Shown: piece after piece, positions 25,158-35,800 of the stretch | Layout of the letters: each line of letters starts with the position of its first letter | Numbering within the stretch: position 1 is the first letter of the stretch | DNA from: Selaginella moellendorffii | Taxonomy: Eukaryota > Plantae > Lycopodiophyta | Length of the DNA stretch: 64,000 bases | Direction: 5' to 3' | NCBI RefSeq assembly: GCF_000143415.4 | Contig: NW_003314276.1 | Span: 250,336-314,335, forward strand | The notes under the pieces: model-generated | The model's input: the letters and a program-made list of their open reading frames with translations, nothing else | The model's database searches: none | Told to the model about the DNA's origin: nothing | Translations under genes and position numbers: made by a program

Positions 25158-26545
25158 GAGCTTCATAACCATGAGAGCTCCACCATGGCTGAGAGCTCTA
25201 TAACTACAAGAGCTCCACTATGGCCAAGAGCTCCATGGCCCCAAAAGCTCCACTATGGCCGGGAGCTCCATGGCCACAAGAGCTCCACCATAGTTGAGAG
25301 CTCTATGTAAGGAACCAACTCCCTGAGGTGTCGTAGGCTAAAGGATCCCCAAAAGCATGACCAAAATGACAAAGAGTTCATCGGATGGGACCGAGTCTGA
25401 GATCGACTCCAAAACTGACTCTGACACCGAGTTTGAGATAGAGTCCGGGATCGAGTCCGAGGTTGAATTGGAGACCGAGTTCGAAACCGAGTTCGAGACT
25501 GAGTTCAAGACAAAGTCCGAGATCCGAATCAGATCCGAGACCGAGTCCGAGGTCGAGTCCCAAGTTGAGTCTGAGATCGGGTCCGAGATCGAGTCCAAGA
25601 CCGAGTCTAAAGTCAGGTCCGAGATCGAGTCCGAGATCGAGTCCGAGACCAAGTCCGAGTATTAATACAAGTTAAGGGGTGAAAGCCCAAAGTGTGTGTC
25701 TCCCAAGGGAGGGGGATGCAGGGGGTTCCAAAAGTATAGTCGGGATAGTGAGGTCCAGGAACCAGTCTTGAAGGAACTCTCTAGTAGTGCTTCCAAACTG
25801 ACTTGAGGTTGAGACTAGGGCTGAGGGGCCTTGGGTGGGAGTGAGCATGGACTTGTGTGGTGCCAGAGGGGCCACCCAAGGAAGTGCTCAAGAGCAACTC
25901 CCACTCCCGAAAGGGAAACCGACTGTGGCGCTCTCGGCTCATGTGGAGTGGTGCCCACTTGAGTACCTTGTGGCTCATTGGTCCTCACCCTTCCTAGGGG
26001 CTTGGGCCTTCCCTTCAGGATGGAAGTGGGGGGGTTAGAGGTACCCATACCAGGCCGTTAGGCCACAGTGTTTCGCCCTGGTGTCCCGAAGCAAGTGTTG
26101 CACCTAAGACTTGGGATTTAGAGGGTCCCATGATCAAGTCTTATTGTACCAAGGGGTGTTAGGAATCTGGAGGCTTAGTGTGCTTGGGTGCTTGTGCTTG
26201 CGGGGAGTGTAGCTGAACCTTAAATCCAGTCTAACACAAGGAGGGGGATGGGAGAGATTTGGGAATCCATGGATGGATGGCTAACACTCCGTTGCTCGTG
26301 CAGTGAGTAGCTAAAACCAAATAAGACTAAGGAGGAGCTAGTACAATAGGTGGGAACCTTGGCAAGGGAACTTAGCAAAAGCCAAGGCAGTGTTGGTCGG
26401 ATAGACGAGGTAAGCTGGCAAATTGAAAAGGAAAAAATTGTGGCTTACACTCCATGGCCAAGAGTTCATGGCTACAAGAGCTTCACTGTGACTGAGAGCT
26501 CTATAGCTGCAAGAGTTCCATGGCTAAGAGCTCTATGGCCAAGGG
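25158..26545. repeat. GAGCTC-anchored minisatellite with alternating 17/18-bp units, split by a solo LTR
   Basis: GAGCTC-like cores at 25158, 25175, 25193, 25210, 25228, 25245, 25263, 25280 and 25298; the array resumes at 26450. Confidence 0.85.
25306..26449 (+). mobile_element. Family-B solo LTR (1144 bp) with (GAGTCC/GAGATC)n array
   Basis: TGTAAGGAACC...GTGGCTTACA; TSD CTCTA/CTCCA; homologues at 42518-43499 and 57877-59253. Confidence 0.85.
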
Positions 26546-26604
26546 CTGAATAAAGATTAAACCTAGTGCTCCAGTGTCTCATATCCTGATCCAACACCTC
26601 ATAT

Positions 26605-26628
26605 AAGCTCTATTTCGTTAAAGTGGGA
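26605..26628 (+). repeat. Left terminal inverted repeat
   Basis: AAGCTCTATTTCGTTAAAGTGGGA; exact reverse complement of 38890-38913. Confidence 0.95.
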
Positions 26629-27293
26629 TTTATTCAGTAAAATGGGACTAGGTACAAATTTTCAAGTATTTGAAAATGACGTGAAATTATATGATTTTTG
26701 TCCAGGGGCTAGACATATCTGGGGCATGGTGACTAGCGCGGTGACTTTGTGTCCAGACTGAGTCCATCTGGTTGTATAATAAATCTCATTGTCAAGGTGA
26801 ACAAGCCGAATCTGAAGCTAAAGAAGAGCGATGGAATGCGCGCACACACTATTTGTTTGTTCATTGAGCATGTGGTGAGCTTTCCAAGATGAACGTCATT
26901 CCTATTAGCCAGACATATAACTTAATGGTGAGAACATTTAGATATTATTCAATGTTATCTTTTTCTAACGAATCTAATTGTGAAGGTGTAGCAAGAGGCA
27001 TTGCTAGTCTGGAGAAGTCATTTAACTCATTTGACCCTTAGTGTATTTTCATGAAACTAAATAACATTCATATTATTAAGGAATTTCTCTAGTACCTTTT
27101 TTTTACGACATAGAGGCTTGCATTTCTTTCAAAGGTGATTTAGTAAAAGGCCTGAGGGCACATGCCATTCTATTTCTCAGACCGGTATTAAGATATACTA
27201 GTGCAAAGGGCCACATGCCATCACGCCTCCTCTGATTCAGATTCGGATTGTTCACCTTGAAATAAAATACATTAGAAACTTAGTAAAGGAATA

Positions 27294-30200
27294 TTAATGA
27301 ATCTCACCTTGAACCCGGGTTATGAATGCTCTTGCTGCATCTCTTGCATGGTCTGGCAAGGTGATGGTGGCACTCTGCTTCCGCATCCAACCATGCACAA
27401 CATTATCCACCGATATGCTCATGCTGGGATCCCTTGGATTCAGCACCCATCTCTTTTCTAGGCAATCCTTCGTATATCTGAAACTTGGCTTGAACCACTC
27501 CACAGTTACATTGAAGGAGTTAGTTTCCGCGTCCTCCTCTGCATCAGTGATGCAGCGCCCCACCCATATCATTTGTTTTTTATTACTGGGTCTGACAAGC
27601 ACAACCATTCCTTTGCAGACCTGTACTGGATTGAATGCTGAATCTGGCTTCTTGTTCCTCGGCCCACAATAGTGATCCTCAACATCATTATCTATCACTG
27701 CATTTCCAGAGGACATTGTTCCGCTACTATCTGGTGCTCTGGGTTCTGGCCAAAAGGACTCTTCCAATTCTTCATATACAACCGGCCCATTTTGGATAGC
27801 AAATATAATCTTCTCCCAGTATTCGAGCAAAGGCTTGCACCTCTTAAAATAGGATTCTCCACCAAACACCAACCCCCTCTTCCAGAAGGCAATATGCTGT
27901 CTAATCCCGGCCACTATACTTTCCTGGTCTTTGAGTCCATCTGGGTGCATCGGCCGTGGGGAACCCTGAGGAATCATAGGTTCCCCAGTTATGGAATCTC
28001 TCTTGAAGAATTCAATGCCATCCACTGGCAGCCACACTGTGTCCCATTCTCTCATCTTGTACCTCATCACTGGAGCACCGTCACGCATGCTGAAATGAAA
28101 CTGAAGAGGCTTGGAGTGGCCAATCAGCGTTTTGGATCCGTCCCTGATGTAGCCTCTTACAAACCCCTTAAAGTCTGGAACCTCTGTCATAAGTGCAGCT
28201 TCAACAGTGCCTTTGATGCAATTTTGGAATTCATCGTAGAGTTGTGGGAGGGTGAGGACATTGGATCGCCGGAGGGACTCTGCCAGGTGACTGAATATGG
28301 CATCGATGTCTTCATGAGTGTGCCCAACCATGAGAAAGCCAAGTGTAACCGTTTCAAATATGCCTTTGGCAACAAGCATCGCCAAGTACGCGAAGACGTA
28401 CATGTTTTTGTTCTCACTGCCAGCATTGTCTGTTTGGAGCAGAAGATGGGGTGGAAGGCCACATCGGCTGCAAGAACTTCCTTGAGATTCTGCTTCATTT
28501 GGATGAGGTTGTGCATTCACCGGGCGACCAGCCTCGTCGGAATGGCATGAGGCCTCACGTGATAACCCTACAATCTGACAGCCACCATATTCACTGGGAT
28601 GGCATGGGGCCCCACGCAATACTGCAAGCCTTTGCTCCTCCTCCAGCTGAACCCTGTATGGGGTTCGATCGACAAGGGCCTTATGCAAGGGTTGGCCGTT
28701 CAGCTTAGTCTGCGCACTTTGCAGAGACCTTAAGTGTTTTGCTAGGGACGCAATCTGCACCCCCGCCACCCCATAGAGGTACAAAGAAGTTCCTATAGTT
28801 CTGGGCACCATGCCCATGAGCGATTATGCCAAACAGAGACACAGGCAGCTGCATGGATGAAGAGATTGCCTTGGGGGCAGGATTGAGTCGAGGTAAGCAC
28901 GTCTTTTTCTGGTCCATTTTGTCGTGGATGATGCAGAGGTAAGAGTCAGGTCTCTCCATGGAGAGAATCCTGTTATGATAATATCCAGTCCTGCAGCTTC
29001 TCTGCTCGATGTTGTGGTCGAGCCGCCTTCTAACCAACGTCTCTTGCTCTTGAGCGCTGCAAGAATTCTTCGACAAAGCCATTTTGATAGCAGTGCACTC
29101 GTCACACTTTGAAAAGCTGGAGTACTTTCCTATACTCACATCCCTGAACCTATTGCTCCACAATCTACTAAATCTAGATTGGCTCAGCTTCCTGTAGCCA
29201 TTAGTCTGGAGTTCCCGATTCACATCTTCCAATATGGCCCCCTTGGTATACATGGAAGGGAGAACTCGTTGGGTGTCTCGTATTCCATCTTCCAAGAGGC
29301 GGGTTTTATGTGGTTGCTGCTCGCTACATGTCTCGACAAACCTCTTGAAGATTGCCTCTCCATATACAACATGACCCCTAGTTTTGTGCGTACCGTCGTT
29401 CCCATGGACTGCCTGTTGAACCCTTTGTTCCTCAAACTCAGTTTTGATTCTGTAGAATGTGGTTCGAGGGACTCCATAAATGATTCTCTATGCCTTCATG
29501 CAGACCAAACCCCTCTGGAAGACCATGCCCCCCACCTGATGTTCTGAAGCATCAACAGATGACCGTAATGCCTCATACACAAAATTGCGAGCTGCCTTCC
29601 AGGACAATGTCTTGTATCTTGCTCTCTCCTCTTCAATAGCATCCCAATCAGCATGTTGACAGCACCTCCTCTTGCAACAAGCAACTATCGAGACCATTCG
29701 AACCTCTATCGCCATTTTCTGCCTTTTCGGTTCGTTGCTCAGATCCCTTTGGCTGCGCTGTAGGAAGGTGTACTTTCTTTTCCCATGGAGATGTTCTGTC
29801 ATCAGTTGTAGTGGTGTTTGATTGTGAATCCTTCACATTCTCAAACACTAAATGCCTCAATTTCCACTGCACAATGCTTCCAATAGTCAGACTGTTTTCT
29901 TCTGTGTCAACAACCTCTAAAATCGCAACTCCAATATCATCCCAGCCCAATTCTTGATTAGCAACCGCATCTCTTGGATCGATAACTGTGGCTAAGCCCT
30001 CAGCTACCACCTCCCCCTCGGGGTTGTTTAGAAACACCTTTGCCTGAATCCATGTAGCACGGTTCTTAAGATCCACGGAGGGAACATGCGTCGCACTTGT
30101 GCTGTCCCCAACATCTGCTTTCTTCTGCAGATTTTTCAAGGCAACAACAACATTTACCTCGACGACCATCTCTCCTCGTTCAATAGCGACCACATTCCCA

Positions 30201-30352
30201 TCGAAGACAGTCTCTACTGATACAGCAGCATTGCCTTCCCCAAGCCTTTGACAGTGTATAACAAAGTTCCGATCCATAGACACAAGGGTCCCTTTTGCAA
30301 CTCTCTTCCCACCATTCAAAATGTAAACCTTTTCCCCAACCCTGAAGGCCAT
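27294..30352 (-). pseudogene. Sola-like DDD transposase, disrupted in this copy
   Basis: Motifs IIHDKMDQKKTCLP, LQTDNAGSENKN and FLMVGHTHEDIDAIFS; Cys clusters CCKRRCC and CDEC. ATG at 30352 follows an acceptor-like TTTCAG. Lesions: frame change near 29800, in-frame TAG at 29488-29490 (VCMKA*RIIYG), frame change at the C-run 28760-28764. Confidence 0.8.
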
Positions 30353-31634
30353 TCTGAAAGTTAAGACCATACAAAAAATGATTGGAGAATGGCCTAAATC
30401 ATAACATACCAAACAACCTCAATAGCATGAGGCCACATGCCATTATTCAAACATGCTATTGACACCCACGTGAAATTTTGCATTCACAAAATTGGCATGA
30501 GGCCTCATGCCATCTTGATATACACACAGTTGCAGGCAAGTAAAAACATACATGACAATACGCTAGCCATGAAATTGCAAGGGCCCAAGATGGCATGTGG
30601 CCTCATGCCATTTCTAAATGTGGTCCTAAACCATTCCATGGTGAACATACCAGGAAGCACAAGTGCCGAATATCAAGAGGAAGCGGTAGCCACACCAAAG
30701 ACAGTGCCGCTTGCAACACCGCAACTACTCGTAGCGCCGCTCGCAACACCACAACTGCTCGTAGCACCACTCGCACAAACTGCCACTCGCATAAACTGCC
30801 ACTCGCAATGGCGCTCACAATGCCGCAACCGCTTGTAGACGCATAAACCACAGCTCACAACGCCGCTTACACAAGCAGTGCTCACTGCGCTCAGCGGAAC
30901 CAAGAACACGGCGCACAAAAATGATAGACCTAGGAATGAGTTCGAGAATTCAAAAATAACACACGCTTGAACGTCACATCAAATCCTCTGACAAACCAGA
31001 TCTTATGATTCCTCTGACAAATTTCAAACTGAGTAGCTTCTAGACTTTGCTGTCGGAGGTTGAACTTTGTCACATCATGTCCTTGCCTCGATCCAGCTGT
31101 GCCATGTCAGTGATTCAAACTTTGCCATGCCATGTCAGCGATCCGCGCCAAGATTATTCGCCGTGTAAAGGAATAATTATGCTGTGTGTGTACGTCCATT
31201 TATGGCAATATAAGGCCACACGCCATTCAAAGAATAATGCTAGTCGAGCATTTTTTGGTGCATTTTTGGGTTCAAAATTGCATGAGCCCACACGCTATAA
31301 AGTTTACCTGTACCAAAAATAGAAACAGCTTTATTTACTTGGGAATTTAAGTGGTTGAGGCATTTTTAAACTTACAAACACATGCCCTACTTACATTCCT
31401 TTGGTTGCTTAAAATTCAAAAATATTATAAACCTTTCTTTTTGCATTTTCAATATTTTCAATTATGGATTTTGATTTTCGCAGGACCAGCCTAGTAATCT
31501 ATTTGCATTCCGTCATGTTTATAGCTAGCTTTCGTTTGTCCCCTTCGCTAGCCTGAGATACATCTGCTCGGCATCTGCATCTTACAGCATTTGCCCAGAA
31601 AGGGCATCTTTCTTCACGCAGCATTTGCCACATG

Positions 31635-31659
31635 TTTAGGGTTAGGGTTTAGGGTTTAG
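31635..31659 (+). repeat. Short interstitial telomeric / telo-box tract
   Basis: TTTAGGG-TTAGGG-TTTAGGG-TTTAG. Confidence 0.8.
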
Positions 31660-32849
31660 CAATTCAGTAGCTTGATAAACATGCAAATACAGAACTTGAT
31701 GCAAAATCCTTTGATATGTCACAATGCTCCTAGGACCATAAACACATTTCAATAGAGAGGGTCCTTTCATTTCATAACTCCTTACGTAGATCTTGGTGAA
31801 ACCAGAGTTAGTGAGGCTGGTTTCTTGTGATCCCGAATCTGATTGTGATGTCCCTTTGCAGTGTCGATGGAAAGGTCAATGCACACCAAACTATAGAATC
31901 TTGGAGCAAAATAACGGTCGGATCTATGGAAAATGCCCCTGAAACATTGTAAGGCTCGTGTGGTCTCATGTGGTGTCCGATCGAGATGCTTCTTTGCAGG
32001 GTCATCAAGAAGGACATTGTATACCATTCTATAAAATCAAGTTGCGATCTAACGGTTGGATCTCCAGGAAACTCAAAACAATCTCGCACGTGTTAGAATA
32101 TTCTAGGAATATACTCTTATGTGCTCCTGAAAATGGCATGTGGCCCCACGCCATTCAAGAGATAACGCCAGATGATGCCGAGCATTTTTTGGTGCATTTT
32201 TTGGGATCAAAATTGCATGAGCCCACACGCTTGAACATCTGGCATTTTTGGAAATACAAGATGCTTTGGAATATCCAATCATGCATGGTATAAATATAGC
32301 GAGGGTATTAAATGATATCCCAATCATGATCTTTCTTTTGGATTTCGCGTGCATGCAGTCCGAGGAATGATGACGTTGTGGATTTCTTTTGGATTTCACG
32401 CATGCGCGCGGCGATCCAGAAATTAATGGTGGCACCCAAGTCCGAGGAATGATGACATGGCGGGATTACCAACCGTCGTGACATTTCGCGCGTGTGAGGT
32501 TAGGTTTTGCATTTTGCTTCGTACTCGCGCTCGCATCGCGCTCCCACTTCTCTACAGGTTTCTCGTGTGCATCGGCGTCCACTCGCGCTTGCATCACACT
32601 CGCGCTCGCATCGCACTCGCATCGTGCTCGTGTGCATCGGCGTCCACTTCAAGACACACCCAGTTTGTAACTTCGCCGCCAACTCCGCCGCCCACTCCGC
32701 CACCCACACGCAGCCCACTTGGCGTCCCGGGAGATTTCAGCGCCACTCTCCAACTGTAAGTTGCAGAGTAGCCTTGCTGCTACGATCCGCTGCACACACA
32801 GTGCACATTCGCCAGCGAGTCCGGTTGTCACGCCTCCATTCGGCTTCAA

Positions 32850-35800
32850 ATGGTAAGTCTTTTAGGCCAAGTAGAAAATGGCATGAGGCCACATGCCATT
32901 CAGTAGCAACATTAGCATGCACCGATTGGGCTCTCGAGTGCAGTCCGGTTACAGATGGCGTGTAGCCTCACGCCATCTTAGGATCCAGCCTCAAGACATC
33001 TGATGCAGTGGTGAATGGCGTGTGGCCTCACATTATTTCCAGCTGCTAGCTTTTCATCTGTCAGCTCTAATTGTTGTGCATTTCTGAACAGGCGAGGAAT
33101 TGCGTTCTTCTTCCAGCCACTATCAATGTGGATGCAGAGAAGGGGGAGGAGCTCACCAGTTGGACTTACGGGATGGAAGGCGAGGATCTGAGGCTGTACA
33201 ACACAGATGGTGGGAGAAAAGAATGCATGGGGATCCTCATCCAAGTGACAGACACTCCATGCAGTTCCATGCAAGAATATGGACTGGCACTTGTGGTAGA
33301 GACAGCGTCTGCCTTCAAGATCCACCTTGCACATCCTAGCGGCTTCCCGGAGGGGGGCAGCGGCTATGAGGAATTCCTAGAGGGAGCTAGGGAGAGGTTG
33401 TCCAGGAGGCCCACAATTTCAAAGGCGCTGCGGGTCTATGAAGATCACATGGAATCCACGAACCTCACCTACGGCGATGTTCAAAAACTATATTCCAACA
33501 TTGAGCCGTTGAGAGTGACTCCAGTTCGTGAAGCGAAGGGGAAGGGGGTCGATCTGGAAACTACCCCGAAGCAGAAAAGGGTGGTCAAGCTCAAGCCGAC
33601 GTCCGACTCTCCTCCAAAAAAGAAGCTACTCGGTGATGCCATTGCCTCGGGTTCGAACACTACACCCACCAAAAAGAAGAGCCGCAAAGAGCAGAAAGAG
33701 CAAGAAGAGGCAGCAAAAATCGTCGCAGATAATAGTACTTGTTACTATTCCAACAAAGTATATACAATCGACGTGAGCCGTATCGACATCCAAAGCAAAT
33801 ACAACCACAGGCTAGTATCTGATGAGTGGGTGGAGAAACTGAAGCAGAAGATGCTGGCAAGTCCAGTAACACCCGACATCGCAGACGTGATCCCCTACTA
33901 CCGAACAATGAAGGGCGAGATGAGGTTTCCAGACTTGATCAATAGGAAGGTGTTGGACGATCAGAACATCCGGTTCTATGCCGTCTCCGGGCAGCATTCT
34001 AGCTTGGCGATGCAAGAGATAGTTGTGGATATTATGGTGGGCGAGGAGGTGAAGAAAGTCTTCAAGACAAGAGTTGTCCGCCTGATAAAAGGCAACTCGC
34101 CCCTCCGATCTATCATATACATCTCCCACGCGCAGAATGTCAAGCAAGAAACGTGCTACAAATCGGGTCTGCACGAGACATTGGCACGAACACGGAAGCT
34201 CTGGGTTCAACTGAAGAAGCCACAAAAACCAGGACAAGGACGTGCACTAGCAACTAGCGCCTGGCAGGTAAGCCTCGTTGCATGTGGCATAGCATGTGGC
34301 CTCACGCCATTTCCATTGTAGGAATTCTCGAGTCTTCTCTCGAAAACACTGGGGGTCAATGACACACTCAGCATCCATAACATTCTACTCGCGACAAAAG
34401 TTGTTTTTGACAAATGGGTAGATGTGCTGAGGAGGTACCATGACGGGGAGTTGCCAAACTCAATGGGTGTGGAGGACGGCCGGAAGCCCAATGATTTGAA
34501 GCTCAACGCCTTGCGTTTCTCGCGGTCTCTAGACGACGACGACCTTCTGACAGTGGCTAATGCTCTTCTACGTGGTGAGGTAGTCTTCAACAAGACCAAA
34601 ATGACTCCCGGCCATATTGTGACATACGAGGACTTGTGCACGACTCTTAGAGCTCATGCGCTATTGAAGGATTGGATCTTCGAGGAAGTGGCCGTGGAGA
34701 GGGTGAGCATCGACACCACGCAAGAGATGATGGAAGCGCTGGATTTGTCAAATGAAGATATCGACGAGTACATGAAGGGGGCCCCCAAGTTCATCAATCT
34801 GCTGCGGAATGCCACGAAAAGTAAAGCTGAGAAGTTGGATCAGTATCCAAATTTCATTAAGATTGATGTCGACCGCCGACTTCAAAAACAGCTTGACCCC
34901 GCAGCAGAGGCCTATCGAGAACCTTACCAGGTATACTTGAATTCGGATGAGGATCAAAGGTGGAGGAGCATCGTTTCCCGCGGAGATGAGCAGGTCAAGA
35001 ACATCTTTTGTGTGATGGACTTCACAAACGAGGAGATCACTCATGCAGACGAAGTCAGCTCCATCATTGACTTAATGGTGGGACTTGCGGAGGTGGAATC
35101 TTTAGTCCACTATATGATCTACGACTCCGAATCCTATCACAAGTTCTGGAAGGCCTTGAACGAGGTGAAGGCTCGGTTGAAAGGCAAGGAGATGCGGTAG
35201 ATCCATGGGATAATGGCTAAGAAGAAGATACCGACGAATGTCCGCATCTTCACACTTGCCCTTGTTATTGGTCCTGCAGCAGAGTGGGACTGGAGTGACT
35301 TCCCAGCTTCGTTCGACAAGGCCAATCGAATTGATCTGAGGGAGGTCAATATACCCGTGCCTGAGGAACTAAAGACGGCTATGGAGCTTTTGAATCCAAA
35401 GAAAGCTCCAGGTGCAGCATGGGAAATGCTCAGTTGGGTCTTCAACGCAATAGCGGGTGGGTCACCTGCTTCCGACTCCAAGGGCAAATGCGTTGTCGAG
35501 TACAACTGCGGCGGACTATTCTTTCGAGCCGCACTACTCAAGGGTGTCCCGTGTGTTGCGGTGACAAACTCCATTGAAGAGGTGACTTCAATGGAGCATA
35601 TAATTACAGTTGCCAAAGAAAAACAGTATCTTCTCTGCGAACCTGGTGAGTACACACTTTAAGTTTAAATGTTATCTCACAAGCTCTGTATGCAGGAGCG
35701 TGGCCACCCCCAGATGCTGAAACGGCGTTAACAGCTACTGTTGAAGATACCCATGTTGGGCCGAGCTCACAACCTGCACAAGGTAAGGTCACGTGAGGCC

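Noticed and set aside
27322-28550. Plus-strand ORFs of 116 and 292 aa
   Set aside because: Antisense shadows of the transposase frame, with no motifs.
31635-31659. Chromosome end or healed break
   Set aside because: Only ~3.5 units, internal to a TIR element with both ends intact.
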